In this document: positions 51,227 through 64,000 of the stretch, in pieces
How positions within the stretch are numbered: the first letter of the stretch is position 1
Layout of the letters: each line of letters starts with the position of its first letter
NCBI GenBank assembly: GCA_000934665.2
Contig: KZ538354.1
Coordinates: 1-64,000, forward strand
DNA: 64,000 nt
Direction of reading: 5' to 3'
Origin: Catajapyx aquilonaris
Taxonomy: Eukaryota
Notes under the pieces: generated by a model
What the model was told of the DNA's origin: nothing
The model's database searches: none
Seen by the model: the letters and a program-made list of their open reading frames with translations, nothing else
Translations under genes and position numbers: made by a program

Positions 51227-53249
51227 CTGCGAAGGCATCAAATGACACGAATGCATAACTTACAATCGAGATGGTGTCACCTTGCATACTAACCAGTCTT
51301 ATCTCGATGCATCGAGGTGAAGAATCCATCCACGAACTTGCGCCCTTCATACTCCAACTGCAATCCTCTTCCAGGGATGTAACTGACCAGTGCAAATGCG
51401 TCTAAGTAACTTGCGAAGTTTCCATAAACGGATATCGGCAGTATGTACCCCAAGGCCTTCAGGAACCAGAACATAGTCAGCGCCTCGAGAGACTGCTTCA
51501 TGTTGGCCACCATCTTCTGAGTGTCTCGTAATCTGGACAGCGGATCCATGGCGCATCCAGAAAACGGAATGAGGACACCAGTGAAGTTGTGTGTGATAAT
51601 GTCGTCACCTTTGGACGGATAGGCCAAGGACAATCCGCTGTGGATGATCCCAGGGCAGAAGTCTCGCTTCCTAAAGAAGTCTTGGAGAGTGGCTCCGACT
51701 GAGGAGAGAACCACGTCCGAGAAGTTGCATCCAGCCTTTCGCTTGATGAACCTGATCATTTCGATGTCCAGGGACACTGTGCACAATATCTTGTGTCCGT
51801 TCAGGGATGGGAGACGACTCGAGTTCCAGAGACGCCTGGCGCAGAAGGGAGCCAAGGTCCATGGGATGTTGAAGATGGATGCTGAGTGGATAAGGAACAT
51901 CTTCCACATCGGGATGGACGGCAGAGGGGGAATCGGGTCGTAGTCTTTCTTGCTGCCCAGGAAATATCTGGAGCGGATTTATAATAATATGGAAAATTAT
52001 TCAGTAAATATTCTGAATAAGACGTGCTTGAATATAAGCCACATCATGGCCACGTCGGGATTTGATTGAGACTGATCATCATGGATGCAGATTATTGACC
52101 AAGAGGGAGTAATGCAAGTGGGCAGCCTTTATGCCAGGCTATTATATTACTCGTAAAATTTAGTACGACACTAACAAGCTGATATGAAATAGCAGGGGGT
52201 TGAGCCGTTTGATGCTTCTTCCTGCGGATCATATCCCGAAGACTAATCCCGTGTTATGAAGGCCACACATTCCATAGCTTCAACCTTGAGCATCGGTTAT
52301 AATATTTTATTCATTTAATTTTATGTGAAGCGACTTTTTTTTGTGTTGCCATAAGCGACTATTGCGTCGAATTATTACTAACTTAGCCTATCTCGCTTTA
52401 CCAAAATGTAAACAAATGACTGTACAATGTTGCATGTTTCCCACAGAAAGTCATGTCCTCCATTCGATATCGTGTCGCTTAAAATATCCATTGCAAAACT
52501 AAGGGATGGCATGTCATAAATAGCACGGGTATTTCTCATTGCTTCGGGCATAATCTTTTGATGCGAATAAAATGGAAAGTAGTTATACGAATATGATTAA
52601 AATAAACTCACCTGTTGACGACTTTGACCAACGAAATGGCGTCCCCCACGCTGTGGTGAGTCCTCAGAAAAAAACACTCCTTTTCTGACACGCCAGGCTT
52701 GCCCACCTCGTCGTCGAACACAAATTTGGGCACGTAGTTGACCTCCCACATGGGCTGACCTTTCGGGAAGGCCCGGTTGTGTACTCTGTCTCCGTACAGC
52801 TGCAGCACCTCCGTCTGAGTGTACGTCTTATCCGGATCGACCCCGTCCAACACATACCAGTGATTCCGGAAATGGAAGTCCTCCTGATCCTTCCAAAAGA
52901 AATAGTTGTAGATGGTCTCCGGGTACGACACGTACGATGTCTGCGGGTACTGGCTCTTGAACACCATCATCATGCGGTGTAGCTCGTCGACCATGTTCGG
53001 GTCTGAAGCACCGCCTACGACGGCGACGGCGGTCGCCACTGATCGACTCGTCTCTTGGTCGTGCATGAAGTACGTGGCCATACCGGTCACCTGCTTCCTC
53101 TTTACTCCGTACTCGACCCACACCAAAAACCGGCATATGATCCAGTAAGGTAGAGAGATGACCAGCATAGGAATCAGTACCAGACACCATCCTAATATGT
53201 TGAAGATGACCTGTACCGGAGCCAAAAGAAGCCACCTGGTCTCTCCCAT
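51051..53249 (-). CDS. Wax ester synthase / acyl-CoA:diacylglycerol acyltransferase (WS/DGAT family), 3 coding exons, 495 aa
   Basis: Three ORF-track segments join in frame through GT-AG introns (52611..51968 and 51293..51227). Exons of 638+674+176 nt give 1488 nt, i.e. 495 aa plus TAA. Family motifs occur in the expected order: FNFRNH-like 'FHFRNHW', 'FPKGQPMWEVNYV' (P..PLWE), catalytic 'RTHHSVGDAISL' (HHxxxDG), 'NFSDVVLSSVGATLQDFF' (TxNDV), 'DPLSRLR', 'VSYIPG' (SNVPG) and C-terminal 'GIAVTASTYMNNLRVNILVD'. Codons are visibly GC3-rich against the flanks. Confidence 0.9.
51294..51967 (-). CDS. WS/DGAT exon 2
   Basis: Acceptor ...ccgctccAG|A at 51968/51967 restores the frame (R-YFLGSKKDYDPIPPLPSIPMWK...), continuous with ORF 51289..51909. 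The exon ends ...DKT-G with donor G|GTTAGT at 51293 (phase 1). Confidence 0.88.
52612..53249 (-). CDS. WS/DGAT exon 1 (N-terminal hydrophobic segment plus catalytic HHSVGDA motif)
   Basis: ATG at 53249 (MGETRWLLLAPVQ...) runs to ...VKVVN-AG, followed by donor AG|GTGAGT at 52611 (phase 2). The start is slightly uncertain: the frame stays open ~35 codons upstream without another ATG. Confidence 0.88.
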
Positions 53250-55356
53250 GTTCGAAGACAAACTAAACTTTCGAAAAAACAGGTTCGTCGCTCTTATATG
53301 TTTAGGTAGCTTTGAGTCAAGGACTCTGAGAGGAACCTTGGAGGCGATCAGGTTCTAACGTCGTGGTAAGGACGCTGATCTTCAGGTCTCACAAGTGAAG
53401 CTGTATAATAAACCCCTCGAAATTGTGACCTTCAACTCTCTCTCCTGCGTGAGCGCGTCTTTTTTTAAAAACATCCATCTTCCTGAATGACAGCAGCGCA
53501 TATTAGTCAACAGCTTGCGGCTATTGAGTGCAAAAGTGCAGATGCTTGTTTACATCTCAGGTGTACTATGCAACATGATGTTTGTTGCAATTAGGATTTT
53601 TAAAGAAATACTTGTATTAGTCAGACACATTTTTGAGAATAACTCTGAGAAGATCTTTAGCCTGCAATAAAATGGGATTAAATGGGTCAAAATTAATGGC
53701 AATGTAAGCTGGGAAATCATTACAATGCAAGGCCTGAATTATTCTGCGGAAGTAGCTAATAATTTAGATATGGTCTAAAAGTAACTGCGTAATAAGGAAA
53801 AAAAATATTGCTAATTTAAACTTATCTCATATGATAATAATCCAATTCCGGAAATAAATGTCTGATTTGAACATTTGTAGTAACATTTTGTGCAATTTTG
53901 TCAAATTTTTTTTTTGGTTGCTAGAGTTTGCCTTCGTATACATTTTCAGCTTTTTCCATGAACATGGCACTTAAAATATTGCTGTGCAATCTGGGCATAA
54001 TTAGGGCGAAGTGTCAGGTGTTGACAAGCGCGGCGGTGTGATGCCGGACAGAGCCAAATCATGCAGTAGCACTTTGCATTAATGAGGTTGAGATTAGCGT
54101 CGGGCACTTTACCGTTGATTCAGTTAGCCTGGATTTTCTTTATTCGAAGAGAGCTGGGCTGGATGGCATTTCCAACATTTCGCAACCCCCCCTGGTTGAG
54201 TTGCAAGAAATTGCGAATGGGGACGAGAAAAAGGGATTCGCAGAATGAACTATTCGCGAGGTCACCTGCTTGTAAGAGTAATAAACATTTCTTTGTAGCC
54301 TTATAGTGAGTAATACGGTGGTTGTGACTTGTGACAAACTGTGACATAACTTTATGAAGTCATCGTGGGCTTCTTTTAACAATTGCCTAGTAATGCCAGT
54401 TACTTAACTTGTTACTGAAGAGTGTGGCCTTGAGCAAGCATGGTATCGGTGCGGTACAAAGAACTCTGGAGTCTAGTGCATTGCCTCGTTACTTTTTGTC
54501 ACTGGCGTAGGACCTGCCTTTTTCGCAAATGATGTACTGGAAAAAAATGTTGTTTCCTTAACAAGAGTATCCTACAGCGTAGTCGTTGATTTGACGTGTT
54601 TGTTACACCATACTGGAGGGTTGAAGTACTGTAACTGTAAAAAGGGAAGAGGACACTGCAAGGCGATTTAACGCCTAGCCAGGGGATAAAGCTGTTTTGA
54701 AACTTGTCTTTGATGAATTTTTATTACAATCTAGATTGAAAAAAAGCACAATTCCGTGTCCAAAGTATTATTCTACAGTTTGATTAAATTGCGCATTTTT
54801 TCTAAATTAATAAAATTGAATAATTATCACTTTCAGAATCACAGAAGGTCAAACACCTCAAAAGGGGACAAATTATGAACTTGTAATTAATGCGAGAGAA
54901 TGCAAACAAAAGTGGACCTATAACGTGTTGATATCACTGGCGCCCACGTTGTGATTTCTTTCTCAGAAAACTGTATTATTGGTTTCATGGTGGGATTTTC
55001 CATTACCGTCACCAAAGTAAACTAGAAACTTGTTGACCTCCCTTTGTGGCCTGCTCCTAAAATCCTGATTTATAGCTATACCCTTATAATAGCATCTTTG
55101 TTCGTAATTTTAGAGCGATCCTACTATTTACTGTCGCAATATTGTCGTATTAAAAATAATGTTCATATAGGTAAATAATAAACATGGGAATTCCGGATCA
55201 GAAATATTAATGTCATGATTTCTGCTAAAATTAAACCGGACAGAACGTAATTGCTCAAAGTGTATAACTTATGCGTAATTAAATATTAACTTTCCTGCAT
55301 CATATAAAATATTATTATCGTGCACTTCTCTTTTATGCTTGCCAGATATGTGCAAG

Positions 55357-55387
55357 AGATCAAAGGTCAGCGACTCTCTTGACGTCA
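55357..55387. promoter_or_regulatory. Candidate DR1 nuclear-receptor element plus CRE ~2.1 kb upstream of the WS/DGAT ATG
   Basis: AGATCA-A-AGGTCA (55357-55369) and a perfect TGACGTCA (55380-55387). Motif match only. Confidence 0.3.
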
Positions 55388-58300
55388 TAGCCTTTGTTTC
55401 AGGGGGGGGTGAGTGCTAAATACCTTTTCATCATCTTGAGGGCTTAAGAAGAAGAAAAAACTTCTGCTGGCAACATAATTGTAGGCATTTATCATCTGGT
55501 CCTCGCAAGGTCGATAATGCCCAGGGCACTCGACACTGACTATTTACTCAAAGTACAGTAACATATTCTCGTTTGTATGTGACGTCGTTGCTAGCACAGT
55601 ACAGTACAGTAGCATACATGTTTTTCGTTGCGCTACTAGGTTTTTTTGAATATTTACAGGATCAACCTTCTCTAAAGAATATAAGCAATAGTATCGATAT
55701 AGAAATCAGATTTCAAAATGGATTCTATAATTGTAATGGAGTCTTGTTATTATTACTGGGCAAAAATGGGAGGTAATAATAATAGTTAAAATATTTGTTA
55801 TTGGAAAGTTGGTGAGAAATGTCAATCAAAATCCAAATGACTTATCGGCAATTTTTTGATTAAATTTTGAGTTCCTAACTTGACTTTTGAGTTGCCATTC
55901 TGTTTCTCTTCCACTATAAGCTCCAATAACCAGAAAAAACAAGTTTAGTATTTTTAGAAGGGAATATTAAGGCGTAGGTTACAGGCCTGATTTATTTTAC
56001 TAACACTTTCTAATTACTATGCGAAAGAGCTGCTTTTAGAAATGTGTTTCCTGCAACATGCTAGTAAACACCATATACAAGTACAAGTACATGCACGGCT
56101 TCAAGGTTAGTCTGTGACGTAAATGCAATGATAGGTTTTTTGCTCCATGTTGAGGTAGATCGGGTAAAAAGTGTGTCAGGGAAAAATTCACATACCGCAA
56201 CATGAAAACCTGTTCTGCAAGTTTTTACTGGAGCTCCAAGGATCCTTGGTCGTAGTTTTTACAGCGTCAACTATTAACTCAAGGTGGCATGAAATGACGT
56301 ACAATATTTAATTGCAGCAATATTTGTATTTACAGCCTACTCCATTCTGTCACTGACTCACTGGACAGTACAAAAAAAAAATTGACGCGTTTTTTTTGAG
56401 ACGCACATCTGCTGCAGAGAATTTTCCAGAGTACGACCTTGGCAATGACATAGTACAAGGAACTCCAGCCAATGTTTTCTATATAATTAGTTACCAGAGG
56501 CTCACAAAGGAGTTGGTCGACTCTATACCCCTGTTCAAAACCTTGACCTGTAAAAAAACCAGGGGAAAAGTTTCTCCCACCCTTGGAATGTTGTATGTTA
56601 ACGAATAATAATGAAGCATCCTTTTAAAAAAATAAAGCAGGAAAAAGCCACTTAATTACAATGTACAAGGAAGACATTACGCTGTACCGTTAGGTCTAGA
56701 ATCAATGAAGAACAATAACAGTTATTTTTCACTTTGTATGCTGACACCTTTCAGCAAGTCATAATGAGTTTACAAAATTTTCGTTCCTCTTTGAATCATT
56801 TATATAATGATTACAGTTTACCAGAACGTTACGCTTGCAATAACCTTTCTACAGAAAGTATAGCCTACAACAAAAACAGCGAGTATATGTAAGTCAAGTG
56901 ATAGTTGTTCCAAGTGCTACAACTTGCTCCCTTGACATTTGGCTTCAATTATGGCGCATGATTATTACAGTATATGCCTATAGATCTGGGAGAGATTGAG
57001 ATTGCCTCATTTCCGATGCAATTTTTCTCCCTCTCAATTTTGGTCCACTCCTGCTATGAAATCCGGCGTACAATACCTTTAGGATCTGAAGATCCGGTCG
57101 CCGAACACGGATTTATAAAATCAATCTCATTTTGTTGTCCAAGAAGGAGCCACAGTCACGCTCATTAGCATGCATTAATGAAGCTTCGAAAGCGGCGGTT
57201 GTAATGCTCCGATCCGGTGGATTCATCCAGGGTTTAAATCGGAGAGCTATATCCAAGGGAGTCTCTCGCTTTATATCTATTGCAGACGGCGCAAAATAGA
57301 TCTGGCGGAAAGGAATACTAAGGGAGAAAGTCCCTGTCGTATAGTAATCACTTCATGAAACACTGTGGTGTGCAGCAGGTTTACACGGAATTACAATTAA
57401 GTACTCCTCCAATGCGCTTTGTCTCATTTGGAGCTCCAGAAGCTTCCTCATTAGTTAGCCTGGAATTTCACCAACGACAAAAAAAACTATTCGAACAACA
57501 CAAAATTAACATCATCACAAATCCAGTTGTTTATTTGCGCACAATATATAACAGCATTTTTTTTACCTTATTAGAGTACAGCAAAAATTGAGCTGGTTTT
57601 GAGATCTTATGTACAGTGTTCATATAGAGAAAATGGGCAGACATTGTTCAGTGTAATAAATTAACACTAAAGGACTATATGATCGAGGTTGCTTTTTATT
57701 TTTTTTAAATATTTTTCATTTTATTTTTCTAGGAGACAATCATGTATACACGAGACCCGTGACAAAATAGTTGTAATATTATTATATTATAATATGTATA
57801 TGTATACCCAGCTTATACCTTAATTGACGGGAAACATAATGGTTGGTTTTCTCAGTCTTCCCTTCGGTTCATTTCTCCCAGGGCCCAACCACAACGACTC
57901 ATAAAGACCTCTTAAGCCAATGACGTGCACGGCTTAACGGGGGCTCATTGGACTTTATGCGCCGTGAACTACAGTAAACTAATTTTTTGGTATTTTTTTT
58001 TCTTCCTCTCCCTCCTTACTTTCCTTCCATGGCAGGAGGGAAATACATCGACCTCAATCTGGTGGTGTAAAAAGAGAGACTATACAGTTCAACAGAGACT
58101 AGTAAATCTGACCAGCAGGTGATTTAGTTTAAGCATATTCCGGAAATATACGCCTTAATTGGGTCCGACGGGCCATAAATCTGACTATATAGTTAACCTC
58201 TCGCATACAGTGGTGGATTTAATGGCGATTAGACTGGCTCGCTGATTGGAATTAAAAATATAACACTTCTTATAGAGTGGGGTTTGCTATAGTCTTAGCA

Positions 58301-61300
58301 GTTCTGCAGGGGATTTCATAGTGATCCAGAGAGAGTTCTATCGTGAACTTGTGAAGTCCAGAGAATCTCTTTTATACTGTAGCGATGCCGTTTGGTCCCC
58401 GCAGCTTTGTTAAGAAACATAAGGTGACCCAGGTACTTGCCTGTTGACATATGCTCGTTCGATTTAAATATAAATTTAATTAAGGACAGGAAGCAACGTT
58501 GCCCTGGTGATGCTCTTGATCAATGTTAATTATCTCAGCAGCGATGGTACGGAGACCAAATGACACATCTTGACAAAGTGATCCTCTGAAGCTTGAATTA
58601 TTATGAAACATCCTGCGTAGCAATAATTCTATATGAAGGTTAGTGGTCTACTAAGAACAACCGTGAACTGGAGGAGATTTGGTGCTATCGATATTTTTTT
58701 TCCAGTGCCATAATTAAGACGTTATGCTATAGCTGGTTACAACACCAGGTTGATAATGAGTCTTTGAACAATGTCAACTAAAATTATACAACAGCATGAA
58801 AACAACGAGATATTACTTTAGTCAACATCCTGCAATACATCATAATTTTTCAAACTTAGACTTAAAATATTACTTTCAATAATTGAATTGTGGCTGACGG
58901 GTACATCCATGCTCATCACCAGTTTGGTGTAAATAGTCACTGTCTTAGCTTCATTAGAAGCGTCGATATATCCGATGCTATAGTACAGAGTACTCTCTGT
59001 TGAAAAAATTTTTTTGATGGTCCAATTTTTGTGGTTCCTTCTCCACGAAGAGCGTGATTCCATAGCTCGAGGGAATAATTAAGCTTCGCTTTTTATACAA
59101 ACGTGACTGATCACGCCTCCCAAATAATGAACAAAATAGCAGGGACTGAAGTTCTACATGATGCCCATTTCATCCGAGCCTGGAAAATAAGAGCACATGA
59201 AAAAAATATATTAAATCAGCAGAACACACGCCAAAACTGACACTAGATCTATATCAAACAGTACATTAAAACTCTCTTTAAAATGTGCATCACGAGCATA
59301 CAATTTTTTCTCTAATTGTGATTGAGGCTGTGGGTCATGCCATACAAAATTATCATTATAAAAGTATAATTAAATTTTCCATACAGATTGATCCTATTAT
59401 CCCCGTGGTTTATTCAAAAGAAATGTTAAAATTATTCAATTAGTCTAGCTTAATCATTGGATTTTTTTTTCGGACACAGACGTGGACATGCAAGTTACGT
59501 CATAGCCATGCAGACGAATCAGAAATGACCTTTCTCTCTCAAAATGTTTAACCAATAATTGGGTTGAAATATCCGTACAGTTGGCGACGCAGAGAAGTTC
59601 CGACTGGATTTGAGCGAGCTTCCATGCAGGAAGCCTATCGACCGGACTGATTTATGCCGAGTGTCTGTAATTAGCAACCTCCATTATTTATAATGAAGCC
59701 TGAAGACTCCAACTTTTTTTACCTCTTCTTCATTCGCTTATTTACCGCCGGAATAAATGACTTTGGGTTTTCGTATAGTTTCTTCGCCGCTTTGTGTATT
59801 GACTACACAAGAATCAATTAGTGCATCAGATCGAACTTGCTTTATATATAGCACGCCGAACTTGCCATTATGTAACTCTCCTGGTGCGAGGATTCCAAAG
59901 TTTTGAGTTGCAGCCATAGTCTACAGCTTTCTCGTTGATTAACGGGGCTGATGAAAAGCCCTTTTGATGTGAACTCTATACGCCCTACTTGCTCATCCTT
60001 TTTTTTATTTATTCCCCAATCCCAGATCTGTCTCTCTGGACATCAAAGGCCGAAATTACAGCGATCAGTCGCATTTGTATGACCAAGTGATTCTACATAC
60101 ATGAAAGCAAACCTTTAGAAACACACACACACACATGTCATTTGTTTGAAAAATGTATGTCGTGTAATCAGGTTGGCATTTGAGGTCCATCAGTTGCCCG
60201 ACTTTTTGCAATTTGCGGTATGTTACGTAAGTTGGCACTAAATAACGGCTCAATTTTTTTTTTGCGAGCCAGTTAATCTTCGTTTGTTTTTTGGTCGACG
60301 GGCCAAACGCCCATATATCACCTCACGCTGAAGTTGGTACAAGGACGTATAAAATCCCTCGCAAATATCTACAACTCTATAAAGTATATACCCCGCTCCT
60401 TCCTCTCCAAGTTTGCAACCCTTTCCCCGTCTCCGTATATGTGAAAAATTGCTTCCAGCGCCTCTTTTTTTGAGAAGGAGCCTTTATTATTTTGAAAGTT
60501 GGATAGATGATCGAGATAGAGCGATTTCCTGACTCTTGCCAAAGAGAAACGGCTCATCGCGAATTAAAACCCTCCGACAAAAATAATTACTTTGGAAGTC
60601 AACGCCGCGCCGTCGGATGAAATGATCGCCAAAGCTTTTCCCTAGTCACAGAATCGCGTGCACGAAACTTCATTAGATGACTTAAGTGGAAATGGCATTC
60701 ATATTTCGCACGAACCGCATTGTCAAGACAGGTTATGCAACTTTATGGAGAGCACACACTTTGTGTTAGGGCAAGTTGTTTGTGACAATTATAAAATTAT
60801 TGCAAAGCTCTCATTGAATTGCCTGTGGGCCTCTGTGAATTGACTTGTTTTCCGATACTGTCTTGAGGCGATCGCTGGTTTCAGATTGATCGTTTGAAAT
60901 GCCGATGCTCCCGCAAGTTCCTTTAAAAAAAAGTCAGGTACATTATTTGACGTACAGGAGCGAGGTAATTAGTTTTAGTCTACGGTGCACTGTACGGCAC
61001 CACGGGTGTATTTAAAAGTCGATCGGCTGCCAAGGCACCACCGTCTGCACTTCAAGCTCTCACATCAACTTGATTTTAAGGTCACGGTCAGAAAATATCA
61101 TTCTAGTAATAAGATCAGCTTATATTTTATTACCACCTTTATTTCTTCCGCAGTACAAAACCGCAACAAGAACAAGGGAGGAAAAATCGGTAGGCAGGTG
61201 CTAAACCTTATGGCAGCAATGCTCACGATTTATGGACAAACGAGGGATAAACATGCGAGATAAGAAAATTTCCCTTGGGGAGGTTGCCCGCCTGCAATAT

Positions 61301-64000
61301 GACACATAGGACTACAGGAGGATAAGAGGGTAATAGAAGAAAAAAAAGGGAAGGAAGCTGCGGAGGAAACGAGGGCATAAATTGGACGAGGATATTGAAA
61401 GACGACCGGATTTATTGCGGTCAATAAGAATAGTCTTTTGTGACTCGAGCGTAAATTTAAAGATCGGGCTTGGGTCTCTCCGGGAAGCGAAAACAAATCG
61501 TTGTATAGCCCATTATTGTTGAGGAATCTGAGGTTAGAGGAACTTGCTGCTGCATTTTTTTAAAAAATTATTGTTCCAATCTCGGCTCGCATATCTGCGT
61601 TGGCATCGCACTACACTAAAGGGGATTATGGGGGGGAGGAGGATCGCAATTACTTGCTTTCGCATTTTTGGATGGGCCATATCAACTTTAAAAACTTGCA
61701 GATTAATTTGTTTCGTAGGTAATATTTCACTGGGTCGAAACCCGAACTGGGCGAAAATAAATGGAAAAGTTCGGGAGGTAATTTACCGCGGCTTGAAGGG
61801 TTTGCTCGCTTCCGAAGTAGAGCAGTAATTACCCAGTTCATGGCACTAAAAGGTCAAATTTTTTTGAAACAAATTTGGCAATTTTTTGGGGGACCAATTT
61901 TGCGCCGGAAATGGGAAGAGGGTCGGGCGCACTAAAGATCGTATAACTCGGATAAAAACAAGGTATTTACAAAACAGTCCCATTAGGAGCAGTAATTAAA
62001 CAGCTGTGCTTTGCTAGGAGGAAGTAAAAGCATGGCATTAAATCACAAGAGAGCGTAGTTTTCCGGGGACGGGGAATATTACGGAGGACTGGAAAATACT
62101 TTCCAGCAATAATCTGGAAAAAAACGCCCCGTTTCTGTTTGTTGTTGTTTTGACCACTGCTTTGTTGACACTTGCCTTTGAACCAATACGCGTTATTGCC
62201 TAAATGGATCTGACCTATTAGAAAAATCCGGTTTCACAACACTCGATACACGGTATTGAGTCAGGTGATCGATTTTGCTCAATTACTGGATTATACTGAA
62301 AGTTAAATAACCCGAGTGGCCATCAGCCATTCGGGGGTTGAGTTTGCGTACATGTCAGTGCCAGATGACACGAACATCGCCGTAATTCCCCCATTGAAAT
62401 TGTTGCCCAACATGCCTCATGCGGAACATGCTTTTATCTGCATGTTGTACATAAGTGGTTATAGAAAGCACAGTTTTATTAGGCACTATATTTTACAACC
62501 CGCAAGAGTTACATCAACTCTAATTAAGTAGAAACTATATCCCATTACGACTGTATTGTGAAAATGTGTATTGAACTCGTTTTCTGCTCTGATCATGCCA
62601 ACACCATATGACGCAAATTAAAGTCGAGTCTATACAGTCTGTCCTGATAAAAGGACGAAGACTTATCAGTATTTTTGTTAACGTGGCAGGAAATTGGTTT
62701 CACTTTTTTTTTAGATTGTCTTGAAAACTTTGGGGAGAGAGACATAAACTGAAACTTTTTTTGCCCTATAACAGGCATCTTCTGAAGGAGTTGATTGCAC
62801 AACTTTACGGCTTTAATGTACTGCTTACAGTTCAGATTGGAAAACGAAGGGGGATATTATTTTTATCGGTGCCAATTAAGTATATTTGAGAGAGCTTCGT
62901 ACATTTTGTGCAGTAAGGATTCTGATAACAAGTTTGGTTAGTTAATTTGCATGAGTCTAGACAACTAAGGCCACGAGGCAATAATTGATCTCTTGTTGTG
63001 ACATTGAATATGTGTGAATTGTGCCACAAGCTGATCATTAAGAGTGTGACCTTGCGCAATGGATCGTATATGGTGTCGACTATGTACGTGGTTTATTATT
63101 GGCTACAATTTTGCGAGACACTCGTTAGTCCTTTGACCTTTTCTACCGTCATAATCGTGCCATAAAGGGCCAGATTGGTAAGTCATTGCCACGGGCAAAA
63201 AATAGTAACAAGTTGCATATTTCTGGCATGTAATTTCTCGCGAAACACATCCTGCGTCACTCTGACGCTAGGAACGGAAAAAAATAATTACTATTTTGGA
63301 AAATGAGTAATTGAAACGCATCTTGGCGGCAGCTTTGCGAAGATTCCCGCAAATTGCGCCATTATTCTTCATTTAAAATTCAATCTGGCTGCCTCCCGGA
63401 GATTCACATGGCCTTACCCCTCCGTGAAATATTAAGTCCCTTAATAAAACGTCACGCCCTTGCACGAGTTGAATCCAGAAAAAAATACGTGCAATTTCAA
63501 ACTTCTAATATCTGAAGGGACTAGTCAAAATCCGGATCTTGTTTACCTTTTTTTTTAAAAAAAAGGGCAGAGTTTTTCTCCAGGTCCGAATGGCAGCCAG
63601 TAATGTTACTTTTGTGTAAGTCAATGCCTTGCCTTGGAAAGCACTCTCTCTCTCTTTAGCAGAAGCTGAAAAGGATTCGCGGGTTCCTTCTATTCGCGAC
63701 TAAGCTTCAGATTAAATGAATTTCCAGCATCGCCTCGAGACAATGCATTTTGCCTACCCTTCATCAACTTTACTATTACTGCAAAGCCCTTTACTAGAAT
63801 GGGGCTTACGGAGAATATTACGCCGGGACAAAGGCGAGGAAAAGAACCTATTTGCAGAAACGCGACGAGACTGCGGAGGGGCTCCGTAATTTGGATTTGA
63901 GTTATACATGTGTACCTTCACGTAGTAATCGCACTGGACCGGACCTTGATTACTTTGGGCTATGCGGCTGAGGATCTGACCTCACATCAGGCTATAAAAT

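Noticed and set aside
51347..53358. Several overlapping alternative-frame and antisense ORFs over the WS/DGAT exons
   Set aside because: These are shadow ORFs expected from GC3-rich coding sequence.
1..64000. CRISPR array, rRNA, prophage or operon-like prokaryotic systems
   Set aside because: No regularly spaced repeat-spacer array, no rRNA-like segment and very low coding density. Spliceosomal introns and a SINE indicate eukaryotic nuclear DNA.

Overview
This is eukaryotic (invertebrate-like) genomic DNA, moderately AT-rich, almost entirely non-coding, with one 20-N assembly gap. One protein-coding gene is well supported: a three-exon, minus-strand wax ester synthase/diacylglycerol acyltransferase (WS/DGAT-family) gene, join(complement 53249..52612, 51967..51294, 51226..51051), 495 aa. 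It has GT-AG introns, an N-terminal hydrophobic segment and a variant catalytic motif (HHSVGDA instead of HHxxxDG). The most striking non-coding structure is a three-layer nest of mobile elements at ~6.9-8.8 kb: a tRNA-derived SINE sits inside a MITE with 116-bp TIRs, which in turn interrupts or abuts the inverted-repeat end of a second non-autonomous DNA element. Several small degenerate Tc1/mariner-type MITE relics, short hairpins and microsatellites are scattered through the window. Almost all other ORFs in the track look spurious. I found no CRISPR array, rRNA, true tRNA, intact transposase or reverse transcriptase, and nothing I can honestly call a new biological system.
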